This document shows positions 50,647-60,844 of a stretch of 64,000 bases of DNA, one piece after another; the first letter of the stretch is position 1, and each line of letters starts with the position of its first letter. The stretch comes from an uncultured Actinomycetota bacterium (GTDB lineage: Bacteria > Actinomycetota > UBA4738 > HRBIN12). Made by a program: the position numbers and the translations under genes. The notes under the pieces were generated by a model that was not told the origin of the DNA, ran no database searches, and worked only from the letters and a program-made list of their open reading frames with translations. The stretch is from assembly GCA_963746335.1 (NCBI GenBank), contig CAVVAK010000004.1, positions 109,987 to 173,986 on the forward strand, written 5' to 3'.

Positions 50647-51338
50647 GGCCCCGACCGGGATGCCGGGCTTTCATCGGGCCGAGGGTCGGTCTCGTCGAGA
50701 CCGGCCCTGCTCGAAGCGAAACGCACGAGGTCTGCCCGGCTCTTGACGCCGAGCTTGCGAAGGATGCTCGCCCGGTGCGTCTCGACCGTCCTCGGGGAAA
50801 GGAACAGGAGGGCGGCGATCTCGACGTTCGTGTGTCCGAGCACCAGGAGATCGAGGACTCCCCGTTCCCGCTCCGTGAGCTCCGCCACGGGGTCCGCATG
50901 GATCGGGGGGTTGGCTGCCTTCGTCGCGAGCATCGCCCCCAGAGCAGGCTGGACGTAGCGCTCACCGTTCAGGATCCGAGCGATGGCATCGGGCAGCTCC
51001 GCGGCGGCCGCGCCCTTCAGCATGTAGCCGCTGGCACCCGCATCGATGGCTCGACGGATGTCGGTCGGGCTGTCCACCATCGAGAGCACGAGGATCCGCG
51101 CCTTCGGGAAGCGCTCCGCGAACGCCTCGACGACTGCCGCACCACGCAGGCCCTCCATCGACAGGTCGGTCACGATCACGTCCGGATCTCGATCGAGAGA
51201 GGTCTCGAGCGCCTCCTCCGCCGAGGACGCTTCGGTGACGACGGTCACCCCCGGCTGCGACTCGAGCAGCAAACGGATGCCGGCGCGAACCACCGCGTGG
51301 TCGTCCACCAACATCGCGGTCGCGTTGCGGACCGTCAT
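50643..51338 (-). CDS. NarL/FixJ (LuxR-type) response regulator.
   Basis: Receiver 'AMLVDDH' and a C-terminal 'LTERERGVLDLLVLGHTNVEIA' HTH. Confidence 0.85.
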   Translation of the reverse strand: MTVRNATAMLVDDHAVVRAGIRLLLESQPGVTVVTEASSAEEALETSLDRDPDVIVTDLSMEGLRGAAVVEAFAERFPKARILVLSMVDSPTDIRRAIDAGASGYMLKGAAAAELPDAIARILNGERYVQPALGAMLATKAANPPIHADPVAELTERERGVLDLLVLGHTNVEIAALLFLSPRTVETHRASILRKLGVKSRADLVRFASSRAGLDETDPRPDESPASRSGP

Positions 51339-53362
51339 GCGCTCTCGCGCTCGGCTAGCTCGGCCGCGACCGGCACACGCAGCCTCACGGTCGTACCTTT
51401 GCCCGGTGCGGAATCCAGCTCCAGATCGGCACCGATCAGCGTGGCTCGTTCGCTCATCCCGAGGAGCCCCACGTGCTCTCCCCCGGTAGAGGAGATCTCG
51501 GCCAACTCGAATCCCGGTCCCTCGTCGCGGATCTCGATCTCGACGTACTTCCCGCGGAAACGAAGGTCGACCGCCGCCTGAGCCTCCCCCGCATGCTTGC
51601 CGATGTTGTTCAGGCCCTCCTGCACGATCCGGTACACGGCGACCTCCACCTGGTCGGGCAGCCGCCGTGGCGCGCCGTCGAACCGGACCTCGATGGGGAT
51701 GCCGCGCCTGGAGCCGGCGACGTCGGCGAGCCGTTCCGTCGCGTGTGCCAACCCATCCGCCAACTCGAGCGGGCGGAGGTTGCCGATCAGGCGGCGAACG
51801 GCCTCCGCGGACTCCTGCGCCATCTGGCCGATCCGCCCCGAGGTCTCCTTCGTCTTCCCCTTCGTCGTGGCCTCGAGGGACGCGGCGAAGAGCGTGATCC
51901 CGGCGAGCGACTGCGCGAGATCGTCGTGGAGCTCCCGCGAGACGTGTGCCCGCTCCTCTTCCTGGCTATCGAGGACCCGCCCGAGCAATCGGGAACGATC
52001 GGCATCCAGCGCTTTCAGCAATTCCTCCGCCCGGGTGCGTTCGAGGAAAGAGCCGACGATGTTCGTGATCGCTTGCAGGAAGAAGATCTCGCCGTCCTCG
52101 AACGGGATCGCGCGGTGCGAGGCGGCCAGGAGGATGCCGATGGGGCGTGAGCCGACCCGGAGCGCGAGGGACGCGCAGGCGACAGCCCCGTGCTCGGTCA
52201 GCAGCGGCGGCAGCGACTCACGGGCTTGGCCGGATGCCTCCGGCACGACGATCATCGGACCGCCGTCCACGAGGGAGTACCAGAGCAGGCTCCCAGGCTC
52301 GGGAGGGATCTCGAGCGTCCCGACGAGACCAGGGGTCCATCCGGTCCCGTAGGCCAGGCGCATCGACGCCGTTTCGAGAGGAACGCTCTCATCCAGCACG
52401 AGGAACAGCGCCGACAGCGACAGGTCGAGCGTCCTCGCGACGATGTGAGCGGCCTCGTCCATCAACGGTTCGGCCTCCGCGTGGGCCAGCGCCCGCATGC
52501 CGAGCTCCGCCACGGCAGCCTGCTGGCGAGCTCGCTGGGCCACCAGTCTGGCGGCCTCGCGGCGCTCGGTGAGGTCTCTCGTCACGCGGGCGAGACCGAC
52601 GAGCTGTTGCTCTTCGTCTCGCACGGGCGTCGTCACGACATGCCCCCAGAAGCGACTTCCGTCCTTCCGCATCCGCCAGCCCTCCGCTTCGGCCGGGCCG
52701 TGTTCGATCGCGAATCGGAGATCCGCGACCTCGTCTTCCTCCCGGTGCAGCTCTTCGGGAGTGAACATCGAGATGTGCTGTCCGAGGGCCTCCGAGTCGG
52801 TGTAGCCGAAGAGCCGTTCGGCCCCCGGGTTCCACGAGACGATCGTGCCGTCCGGCTCGAGCATCACCATTGCGTGATCCATCACGCTCTCGATCATCAG
52901 GCGGCTGCGATGTTCGCTCTGCTGGTACGCCGTTTCGCTCGCCTTGCGGTCGCTGATGTCGGAGAGCGCACCCTGCCAGTACACGACCCGTCCGTCGGCG
53001 TCTCGGACGGGGTCGGCCTCGTCACGCACCCAGACGACGCCGCCGTCCTCGGTCCGGTATCGGTACTCGGCGGTGAACCGGCGCTCTCGGAGGCATGCGT
53101 CGTCGATCCGACCCAGCACGTCCTCGCGGTCGTCCGGATGGATCCTGGTGACCCAGAGGAACGGCTGCTCCAACAATCGGGCGGGGGAGACGCCGAGCAT
53201 GCGCTCTACCTGTGGGCTGACGTAGGTCATCGCCGGCGGGCGGCTTCCATCGTGCGTGTACACGACGAGCGGGCTCTGTTCGACGATCCGTCGATAGACG
53301 ATGTCGGCGTCGGTCGTCTTCCCCTCGGGAAAGGCGAAGTCGGCCTCCGCTCGCTGGTCCAT
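51335..53362 (-). CDS. PAS-PAS-GAF sensor histidine kinase (HisKA_3 / NarX-like).
   Basis: 'WNPGAERLFGY' PAS, then 'EEERAHVSRELHDDLAQSLAG' HisKA_3 H-box and HATPase. Confidence 0.85.
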   Translation of the reverse strand: MDQRAEADFAFPEGKTTDADIVYRRIVEQSPLVVYTHDGSRPPAMTYVSPQVERMLGVSPARLLEQPFLWVTRIHPDDREDVLGRIDDACLRERRFTAEYRYRTEDGGVVWVRDEADPVRDADGRVVYWQGALSDISDRKASETAYQQSEHRSRLMIESVMDHAMVMLEPDGTIVSWNPGAERLFGYTDSEALGQHISMFTPEELHREEDEVADLRFAIEHGPAEAEGWRMRKDGSRFWGHVVTTPVRDEEQQLVGLARVTRDLTERREAARLVAQRARQQAAVAELGMRALAHAEAEPLMDEAAHIVARTLDLSLSALFLVLDESVPLETASMRLAYGTGWTPGLVGTLEIPPEPGSLLWYSLVDGGPMIVVPEASGQARESLPPLLTEHGAVACASLALRVGSRPIGILLAASHRAIPFEDGEIFFLQAITNIVGSFLERTRAEELLKALDADRSRLLGRVLDSQEEERAHVSRELHDDLAQSLAGITLFAASLEATTKGKTKETSGRIGQMAQESAEAVRRLIGNLRPLELADGLAHATERLADVAGSRRGIPIEVRFDGAPRRLPDQVEVAVYRIVQEGLNNIGKHAGEAQAAVDLRFRGKYVEIEIRDEGPGFELAEISSTGGEHVGLLGMSERATLIGADLELDSAPGKGTTVRLRVPVAAELAERESA

Positions 53363-53560
53363 CCCCGCCCCTCTCGGATCTCGTTCGCTCAGATATCTCG
53401 CCTACGGTGTTCCACGTATGAGCATCTAGGAGAGTTTCACGGAGGAGCATAAGCCTGTCGGGCACGAGAGGGAACCCAAATGGGGAAAACCCTTGAGCAG
53501 GAACAGTTCTTAGTCAATCACCCTGATAGGCGCCTCGCTGAGGGAAGCATCGAAAGGGAA

Positions 53561-55507
53561 CTACGAGCGTGGCTCGAGCGCCTGGCGTATCCCGTCGAGG
53601 GAACCGGGGTCTTCGATGCTGGACAGGTCGCCGGGATCCTCGGCCAACGCGACCGCACGGATCACCCTCCGGACGATCTTCGCGCTTCGGGTCTTGGGCA
53701 GCTCGGGGACGAAGACCACCTTGGAAGGCAGGAACGAGCGTCCGAGATGGTCGGCGACGACGTTCCGAAGCTTCGTCGCGAGGCTGGGATCCGCGGCTAC
53801 GCCCGGTTTCAGCACCACGAAGCACCAGATGGTCTCCCCTTTGAGGTGATGAGGCACGCCGATCGCGGCCGACTCCGCCACCGACGGATGAGAGGCAAGC
53901 GCGCTCTCCACCTCCGCCGGTCCGAGTCGCTTCCCGGCCACGGAGAGCGTGTCGTCCGAACGTCCGTGAAGGAACCAGAAGCCGTCCTCATCTCTGGTGG
54001 CCCAGTCCCCGTGCACCCAGATGCCGGGGAAGCGGCGCCAGTACGTCTCGAGGTATCGGTCGGGATCACCCCAGATCCCCCGTGTCATCGAGGGCCAGGG
54101 CTGGCGGCAGACGAGCTCGCCCACCTCTCCGGGACCGACGGGCGAGCCGGTTCCGTCCACGATGTCGACATCCATGCCGAGGGCAGGGCCTCCGAGGGTG
54201 CACGCCTTCAGCTCGGAGATCGGCGACGGCGACAGGAAGCAGGCCCCGACCTCCGTCCCGCCGGAGAGATTGATGATCGGGAGTCGTGATCCCCCCACCT
54301 CGCGATGCAGCCACAGGTACGCGTCGGGGTTCCACGGCTCGCCCGTCGACGCGAGGATCCGAAGCGACGACAGATCGTGCCGGCGGATCCGATCCGTCCC
54401 CGCAGGGATCAGGGCGCGTATCAGGGTGGGCGAGACACCGAGGGTCGTGATGCCGTGACGCTCCACCAACGCCCACAGCCGGTCGGGGCTGGGATGCGTC
54501 GGCGCGCCGTCGTAGAGCAGGACCGTCGAGCCGGCCGCGAGCGCCCCGACGATCTCCCAGGGCCCCATGATCCAGCCCAGATCGGTGACCCAATGCAGGA
54601 CATCGCCGGGCCGGACGTCCACCTGGTAGGCGACCTCGGCGGCGATCTTCACGAGGAACCCACCGTGGACGTGAAGCACCCCTTTGGGCGTCCCCGTGGT
54701 CCCGCTCGTGTAGCCGATGAACAGCGCCTGTTCGGGGTCGAGCCGCTCGGACTCGAGCGGCTCGGCCGACTCCGCCGCGACGAGGCCGGCCCAGTCGTGC
54801 TCGTCCCCGGTGGCACCGTCGCCCGCGAGCGCGAGCACGACGGTCGCCTCGACCGTCGTGACGCGCTCGCGCGCGAGGCGCGCCGTTTCCGACATCGCGA
54901 CGGCGCGCCCCTTCCGCAGGAACGCATCCGCGGTGAGCACCACCTTCACGTTCGCGTCCTCCAGCCTGACCGCGACGGCGTCCACGCCGAACCCGCTGAA
55001 GATCGGGACCCAGATCGCCCCGATCTTCGAGCACGCCATCACGGCCGCCACCGTCTCCGGCGTCATCGGCATGAAGATCGCGACGGCGTCGCCGATCCCG
55101 ATGCCCAGCCGCCGGAGCGCCCGAGCCAGGCGATCCGTCTGCCGGCGGAGCTCCCTGTAGGTCCACGTGCGCGTGTCGCCCGCTTCCCCCTCCCAGACGA
55201 CGGCGGGAGCTTCGGGGGTGCTCTCGGCCCAACGATCCAGGCACTGATGGGCGAGGTTCACTCGGCCGCCCCCGAACCACGTCGCCCATTCGACGCCGTG
55301 TGAGATGTCGCGAACCTGCCGATACGGCTCGAGGAACTCGATGTCGAGGTCGCGGACCACCGCGTCCCAGAACCACTCCACGTCCGCGATCGAACGCTGC
55401 ACCAGCCCCTCGTAGGTCTCGATCCCGTACGTCCGCATGAATCGGGTGACGTTGGCGCGCTCGACGTACTCGGGGGTCGGCGACCAGATGATGTCGGTCA
55501 CGCGCAC
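53561..55507 (-). CDS. aacS: Acetoacetyl-CoA synthetase (AMP-forming).
   Basis: N-terminus 'IWSPTPEYVERANVTRFMRTYGIETYEGLVQRSIADVEWFW' typical of AacS. 'YTSGTTGTPKG' AMP-binding motif. 649 aa. Confidence 0.8.
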   Translation of the reverse strand: MRVTDIIWSPTPEYVERANVTRFMRTYGIETYEGLVQRSIADVEWFWDAVVRDLDIEFLEPYRQVRDISHGVEWATWFGGGRVNLAHQCLDRWAESTPEAPAVVWEGEAGDTRTWTYRELRRQTDRLARALRRLGIGIGDAVAIFMPMTPETVAAVMACSKIGAIWVPIFSGFGVDAVAVRLEDANVKVVLTADAFLRKGRAVAMSETARLARERVTTVEATVVLALAGDGATGDEHDWAGLVAAESAEPLESERLDPEQALFIGYTSGTTGTPKGVLHVHGGFLVKIAAEVAYQVDVRPGDVLHWVTDLGWIMGPWEIVGALAAGSTVLLYDGAPTHPSPDRLWALVERHGITTLGVSPTLIRALIPAGTDRIRRHDLSSLRILASTGEPWNPDAYLWLHREVGGSRLPIINLSGGTEVGACFLSPSPISELKACTLGGPALGMDVDIVDGTGSPVGPGEVGELVCRQPWPSMTRGIWGDPDRYLETYWRRFPGIWVHGDWATRDEDGFWFLHGRSDDTLSVAGKRLGPAEVESALASHPSVAESAAIGVPHHLKGETIWCFVVLKPGVAADPSLATKLRNVVADHLGRSFLPSKVVFVPELPKTRSAKIVRRVIRAVALAEDPGDLSSIEDPGSLDGIRQALEPRS

Positions 55508-55576
55508 ACGATACGCGTCGCCGTTCGCCGCACCCCTGCCGGGGGGACGGGCGGAGACCGTGCTCCTTCGATATAC

Positions 55577-56638
55577 ATGGAGTCCATGGGGCTCCGAGTG
55601 GGGGTAGCCGGTGTGGGGTGGTCCGGTTTCTCCCCGACCACCGCGGGCATCTCCTACAAGGAGCTGATGTTCGAGGCCGCCCGTCAGGCCTACGCCGACG
55701 CCGGGCTCGACCCTCGCAGCGAGATCGACTCGTTCGTCTGCTGCTCCGAGGATGTCGAAGAGGGAACGAGCATCTTCGACGAGTACGTGCCGGACCAGCT
55801 CGGCGCCGTGCAACGCCCCGTGCAGACCGTGGCTTCGGACGGACTGTTCGGCGTGGCGACCGCGGTCATGCTGATCCGCAGCGGGGTGGCGTCGACGGTG
55901 GCCGTCGAGGCTCACTCGAAGGCGAGCGACATCGTCTCGACGGGGCGGGTCGATCGGTTCGCGATGGATCCCGTGCTCAACCGACCGCTCGGCGTGTCCG
56001 CGACCGCGCTAGCCGGGCTCGAGATGCGCCGCTGGCTGCACATGTCCGGTCGATCCGAGGCCGAATGCGCGGAGGTGGCCGTTCGCAACCGCGAGCACGC
56101 CCGGGACAACCCTCGCGCCTCCTACGCGGACACGCACGACCCCTCACCGCTGTTCGACCCGCTCACCTCCGAGCAAGCCGCGGAGCCGGCCGACGGATGC
56201 GTCGTGCTCGTGCTCGCGAGCGAGGAGAAGGCACCCGACGGCGCCGTGTTCATCGACGGGATCGGGTGGAGCCAGGACGCACCCTCCGTCGAGAGCCGGG
56301 AGTGGGATCGCGCGGCCGCCGCCGAGCGCGCCGCCCGGTCCGCGTACCGGCGCGCCGGGATCGACCCGTCGGACGTCGAGATCGCCGAGGTCGACGACAC
56401 GTACGCGTACAAGCAGCTCCAGCACGTCGAGGCACTCGGGCTCGAGGGCCTCGACCCGGATCACGTCAACCTGAGCGGCGGCGCGCTCGGCGAGGGGCAC
56501 CTCCGGGAAGCCAACGGCCTCGCACGCGCTCTCGCCTGCATCGAGCGGCTCCGCGCGGGCGACGCCCGCGTCGGCCTGGCCCAGTCCTGGCGAGGGGTGC
56601 CCTCCACGTCAACGGCGGTCGCGGTGATGCGCCGGTGA
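55577..56638 (+). CDS. Thiolase-like protein (SCP-x/Ltp-type).
   Basis: Thiolase fold blocks 'GVGWSGF' and 'AIGALG'-like, but the canonical catalytic-Cys context is unclear. Confidence 0.6.
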   Translation: MESMGLRVGVAGVGWSGFSPTTAGISYKELMFEAARQAYADAGLDPRSEIDSFVCCSEDVEEGTSIFDEYVPDQLGAVQRPVQTVASDGLFGVATAVMLIRSGVASTVAVEAHSKASDIVSTGRVDRFAMDPVLNRPLGVSATALAGLEMRRWLHMSGRSEAECAEVAVRNREHARDNPRASYADTHDPSPLFDPLTSEQAAEPADGCVVLVLASEEKAPDGAVFIDGIGWSQDAPSVESREWDRAAAAERAARSAYRRAGIDPSDVEIAEVDDTYAYKQLQHVEALGLEGLDPDHVNLSGGALGEGHLREANGLARALACIERLRAGDARVGLAQSWRGVPSTSTAVAVMRR

Positions 56639-58401
56639 GCCCGCGCGTCGCCGTCGTGGGAGCGGGGATGACCAAGTTCGTCCGACGCGCGCAGGAGACC
56701 GGTAAGGAGTTGTCGTGGATCGCGACCCGCGAGGCGCTCGCGTCGTGCGAGCTGAAGCTCGACGACGTCGACGCGGTCTGTCTCACCAGCGCCCCGGACG
56801 CGTTCGACGGCGTGCACCGCAAGGGGGACTACCTGGCCGACGGCGCCGGCGCATGGGCGAAGCCGTACATGCGCACGTACGTCGGAGGTGGGAGCGGCGT
56901 CTTCACCGCGATCCAGGGGTGGTACACGGTGGCGTCCGGCCTCGCCGACGTGGTCGTGTGCGTGGCCGAGGAGAAGATGTCCTCCTGCCAGCCGCACCCT
57001 CAGGGAGCGTTCCTCACGATCTTCGACAACATCCTCGAGCGACCGCTCGGCCCCAACCTGCTGTGGATCTTCGCGCTCGAGATGCAGCGGTACATGCAGG
57101 CCTACGGCCTCGACAAGCGGGACATCGCCCAGGTGGCGGTCAAGAACAAGCGCAACGCCGCCGACCACCCCGCCGCGCTCCTCGGCCAGGCGGACATCAC
57201 GGTGGACGACGTCCTGGCGAGCGAAACGCTCGCCTGGCCGGTCCAGCGGCTCGACGTCTCGCCCATCTCGGACGGCGCCGTCGCGATCGTGATGGCGTCC
57301 GAGGACGCCGCGAAGAAGCTCACCGATCGCCCCGTGTGGGTCCAAGGGGTCGGCTGGAACCTCGACTCGACCTATTGGACGAACCGAGACCTCGCGTACC
57401 CGGAGTACGTCGAGAACGCGGCGCGGATGGCGTACGGGATGGCCGGGGTGAACGAACCTCGCAAGGAGATCCACGTCGCAGAGCCCTACGACCCCTTCGA
57501 CTACAAGGAGCTCCACCACCTGGAGGGCCTCCTCCTGTTCGACCGGGGCAAGGCCCCCGAGGCCGCCGCCGCCGGCGTCACCGCCCGCGACGGCGACCTC
57601 CCGTGCTGCCCGTCCGGTGGGCTCCTCGGTGTCGGGAACCCGATCGCGGCGGCGGGCTTGATGAAGATCGCGGAGCTCTTCTGGCAGCTCCGGGGCGACG
57701 CGGGCGCCCGGCAGGTCCCGGGCACCCCCGAGCGCGGCGTCGCGCAGGCGTGGGGCGACCTGATGCAGGTCGGAACGGTCGTCGTGATGGGGAACGACGG
57801 CGGGCCGCTCACCACGGCCACGCGATCAGCGCCGCCGCAGTCTCCGCCGCGCGACCCGCGGGCGACCCCCCTCTCCGATCAGGAGTTCCGTTCGGCGACC
57901 GGCGCGGTGGAACAGCGGCTGGACACGCTCTACGACTGGGACGCGGGCGAGGCGATCGGTGCGTTCCTCGACGGACTCCGCGAGCAACGCATCCTCGCCA
58001 CGACCTGTATCTCGTGTGGGAGAACGCTCGTCCCGCCGCGCAAGTTCTGCGAGCGCTGCTTCCGGCCGACCGACGGCTGGACGGAGGTCCCGCAGACCGG
58101 CAGCGTGGAGACGTTCTCGATCTGCCACGTCACCTGGGACATGCAACCGCTGGAGGTACCGCAGATCCCGGCCGTGATCCGGCTGGACGGCACGAGCGAA
58201 GGCGGCTTCCTCCATCTCCTCGGCGAGGTCGCACCGGACGACGTCCGAGCGGGGATGGAGGTCGAGGCGGTCTGGAAGCCGGCGGGCGAGCGCGCCGGGT
58301 CGATCCTGGACATCGCCTACTTCAAGCCGCTGGATCCGGAGCTCCGCCGCGAACTCGTCGCGACCGCCATGGTCGAGGCACCGTTGGAGTCGACGATATG
58401 A
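56635..58401 (+). CDS. Thiolase (SCP-x type) fused to a C-terminal DUF35 Zn-ribbon/OB-fold domain. GTGA-coupled to the upstream gene.
   Basis: 'VAVVGAGMTKF' and 'CPSGGLLGVGNPIAAAGL' thiolase motifs. C-terminus 'CISCGRTLVPPRKFCERC' DUF35 zinc ribbon. Confidence 0.75.
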   Translation: MSPRVAVVGAGMTKFVRRAQETGKELSWIATREALASCELKLDDVDAVCLTSAPDAFDGVHRKGDYLADGAGAWAKPYMRTYVGGGSGVFTAIQGWYTVASGLADVVVCVAEEKMSSCQPHPQGAFLTIFDNILERPLGPNLLWIFALEMQRYMQAYGLDKRDIAQVAVKNKRNAADHPAALLGQADITVDDVLASETLAWPVQRLDVSPISDGAVAIVMASEDAAKKLTDRPVWVQGVGWNLDSTYWTNRDLAYPEYVENAARMAYGMAGVNEPRKEIHVAEPYDPFDYKELHHLEGLLLFDRGKAPEAAAAGVTARDGDLPCCPSGGLLGVGNPIAAAGLMKIAELFWQLRGDAGARQVPGTPERGVAQAWGDLMQVGTVVVMGNDGGPLTTATRSAPPQSPPRDPRATPLSDQEFRSATGAVEQRLDTLYDWDAGEAIGAFLDGLREQRILATTCISCGRTLVPPRKFCERCFRPTDGWTEVPQTGSVETFSICHVTWDMQPLEVPQIPAVIRLDGTSEGGFLHLLGEVAPDDVRAGMEVEAVWKPAGERAGSILDIAYFKPLDPELRRELVATAMVEAPLESTI

Positions 58402-58838
58402 GTCCCACCAAGATCCCGGGCGAGCTCTCGGTCTCGTTCCGCTACACGCCCGGCGTCGGGAACACGGCGTTCTTCGAAGCGCTCCGCGACCGGGGGGTTC
58501 TCCTCGGCTCGCGGTGCCACGACTGTGGCGTGACGTACGTCCCCGCACGCATCTTCTGCGAGCGCTGCCTCGCCGAGCTTCAGCCGACCGAGGGATGCGG
58601 GCCCGAGGGCGAGCTCGTCTCGTGGACGGTCGCGCGCGTGGACGTGGACGACAGGCCGCTCGACGAACCGGTCACCTACGGATTGGTGCGACTCGACGGC
58701 GCCGACACGGTTCTCCTCCATCGATTGATCGACGTGAACGACCCTCCGGCGATCGGCGCGCGTCTCCGTGTGGTCTTGGCGGAGGATCGGACCGGATCGA
58801 TCTTCGACATCGAAGGGTTCGCACCCTCCTCGGGCTAG
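58398..58838 (+). CDS. DUF35 Zn-ribbon/OB-fold protein (ChsH2 C-domain-like).
   Basis: 'CHDCGVTYVPARIFCERC'. ATGA-coupled to the upstream gene. Confidence 0.75.
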   Translation: MSPTKIPGELSVSFRYTPGVGNTAFFEALRDRGVLLGSRCHDCGVTYVPARIFCERCLAELQPTEGCGPEGELVSWTVARVDVDDRPLDEPVTYGLVRLDGADTVLLHRLIDVNDPPAIGARLRVVLAEDRTGSIFDIEGFAPSSG

Positions 58839-60799
58839 CCGGGCCGGCGCCAGTCCACGGCGACGACAGGTACCGGCTTCGCCAAGCCCTTCAGCGCGAC
58901 TTCGCGAGCTTCCCCGAAGCTCACGTCATCGATCCCCTCGACGGTCTCCAGGCTGGCCAAGACCTCGCCTCCACCGGCCAGCGCTCCGATCCTCGCCGCC
59001 GCGTGAACCCCTGCGCCTTCATAGTCCCCCGCGACACGCGTCGCCTCGGCCGCGTGGAGCCCGATACGGACCTGCGGGGCGAAACCGTGATCACGGCGAT
59101 GTTCCGCGAGCGTCCGCTGGATCGCCGCCGCGCACACGACCGCCGACGGCGCATCCGGGAAGGCGACGAAGAAGCCGTCGCCCGTCCGATGCACCTCCTC
59201 TCCTTCGTTCCCGGCGAAGCAGCGGCGCAAGGCCTCGTCGTGCCAACGCAAGAGGTCGTGCCACGCCTCGTCTCCGATCGCCTCCACCAGCGCGGTGGAG
59301 CCCACGATGTCGGTGAACATGAACGTGCGGACCTCCCGCGACGCCGAGGGAGTCGAGGGTCCGGCCAAGAGGGCGTCCGTGCGGGCCAGGTCGGGCGTCG
59401 CGCCGAGCCGCTCGAACGCGGCTCGGGCCGCCTCGAGCTCGAGCGTCGCCGCCTCGGTCTCCCCCGCGGCGGTTCTCGCCTCGGCCAGCAGGAGCGTGGA
59501 TATCGCCGCCTCGTACGGGGCGTCGATCTCCCGCCAGAGCCGCCGCGCGTCCCGCGCACGCGCCGCCGCCTCCGTCGGGTTGTCACGGAGCAACGAGACG
59601 AGCCCTGATGCGTAGGCCGCCGAGGCCCTGATCGCCGCCGTCCCGAACTCCGCGGCGATCCCCTCGAGCTCCGCCGCGGCGGCCTCCGCCGTCGAGATGT
59701 CGCCCAGCGCCTTCGCGATCTCGGCCTGGGCGGGGAGCAGCCGGGCTCTCGCCAGCTTGTGCCACGTGATCTCTTCGAGGCTCCCCTTGATCGAGGCCGC
59801 CGCAGCGTCCGTGCGCCCTCGAGCGAAGAGCAGGAGCGCCTGACCGGGCTGCGGCTCCTCGCCAAGCGCTCGCGCGTGCCCGAACGCATCCTGCGCTCCC
59901 TCCAGGTCGCCCATCCGCAGCCGGACTTCACCGAGCTCGTGGAACGCGCCGCCGGCCGCGGCCGGATGGAAGCCTCGGAGCTCCTCCGAGGCGCGCTCCG
60001 CTTCCGAGGCCGCATCCTCCCAGGCGCCGGTGAGCCGGAGGAACTCCGCTCGATGGACGCGGCAGATGCCCGGGAACCCTGTGATGTCCTGACGTTCGCA
60101 CCAGCGCTTGGACACGTCGGCCCACTCGGTCCCACGTCGATAGTCCGCGGTCTCACGGCACACGGACATCACGTTGCAGAAGACCGCCCCGGTCGTGAAC
60201 GGGCCCAGCTCCCCACCGACCGCGACGGCGGCTGCCTCCTCCATCAGACCGAAGGCCTCATCGAGCCGCCCGGACGTCCCCAACACCTCGGCGCGACTCA
60301 TCGCGACCCAGACGGGCAGATCCGAGTCGTCCAGCCGCGACGCGATCTCCTTCGCCCGATCCAGGTGCCCGAGGGCTCCCTCGATGTTCCCGCGGTCGAA
60401 GTCCAGCTCCCGGTACGCGATCTCGAGGTACCCGTGGGCGACCGCCTCAGGCTCCCCCTCGAGGAGATGCTCTGCACGATGCAGCCAGGCTTGGGCGACG
60501 GAGCCGGCCAGCCTCGCGCCGTATCCCCGGCGGAGCGTCAGCGCCATCATCGCGGCCATCGAGCGATCCCCCCACTCGAGGTGGAGCGCGTAGGCACGCT
60601 CGAAGGCGGCGATCGACTCGTCCGCGTACCCGATCCACCACGCGGACTTCGCGAGCGCCTCCAGGTCCCCGGGCTCGAGACGCCCGTCGCGATCGGCCTC
60701 CTGCAGGAGCCGGTAGGCCTCCGGCCAGGCACGACGCGCGTAGGCCTCGCGGCCTGCCTCCAGTGGATCGACCGTCACGGTGTCGCTCATCGACCCCAT
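58835..60799 (-). CDS. Adenylate/guanylate cyclase with a long N-terminal TPR/helical-repeat domain (cyclase domain at the C-terminus).
   Basis: C-terminus 'VRTFMFTDIVGSTALVEAIGDEAWHDLLRWHDE...EVHRTGDGFFVAF'. The N-terminal 450 aa are Ala/Leu-rich helical repeats. Confidence 0.75.
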   Translation of the reverse strand: MGSMSDTVTVDPLEAGREAYARRAWPEAYRLLQEADRDGRLEPGDLEALAKSAWWIGYADESIAAFERAYALHLEWGDRSMAAMMALTLRRGYGARLAGSVAQAWLHRAEHLLEGEPEAVAHGYLEIAYRELDFDRGNIEGALGHLDRAKEIASRLDDSDLPVWVAMSRAEVLGTSGRLDEAFGLMEEAAAVAVGGELGPFTTGAVFCNVMSVCRETADYRRGTEWADVSKRWCERQDITGFPGICRVHRAEFLRLTGAWEDAASEAERASEELRGFHPAAAGGAFHELGEVRLRMGDLEGAQDAFGHARALGEEPQPGQALLLFARGRTDAAAASIKGSLEEITWHKLARARLLPAQAEIAKALGDISTAEAAAAELEGIAAEFGTAAIRASAAYASGLVSLLRDNPTEAAARARDARRLWREIDAPYEAAISTLLLAEARTAAGETEAATLELEAARAAFERLGATPDLARTDALLAGPSTPSASREVRTFMFTDIVGSTALVEAIGDEAWHDLLRWHDEALRRCFAGNEGEEVHRTGDGFFVAFPDAPSAVVCAAAIQRTLAEHRRDHGFAPQVRIGLHAAEATRVAGDYEGAGVHAAARIGALAGGGEVLASLETVEGIDDVSFGEAREVALKGLAKPVPVVAVDWRRPG

Positions 60800-60844
60800 C
60801 CTCTCGTATGGGGTCTCCTACCGGAAGTCGGTAATCTCGAACGC

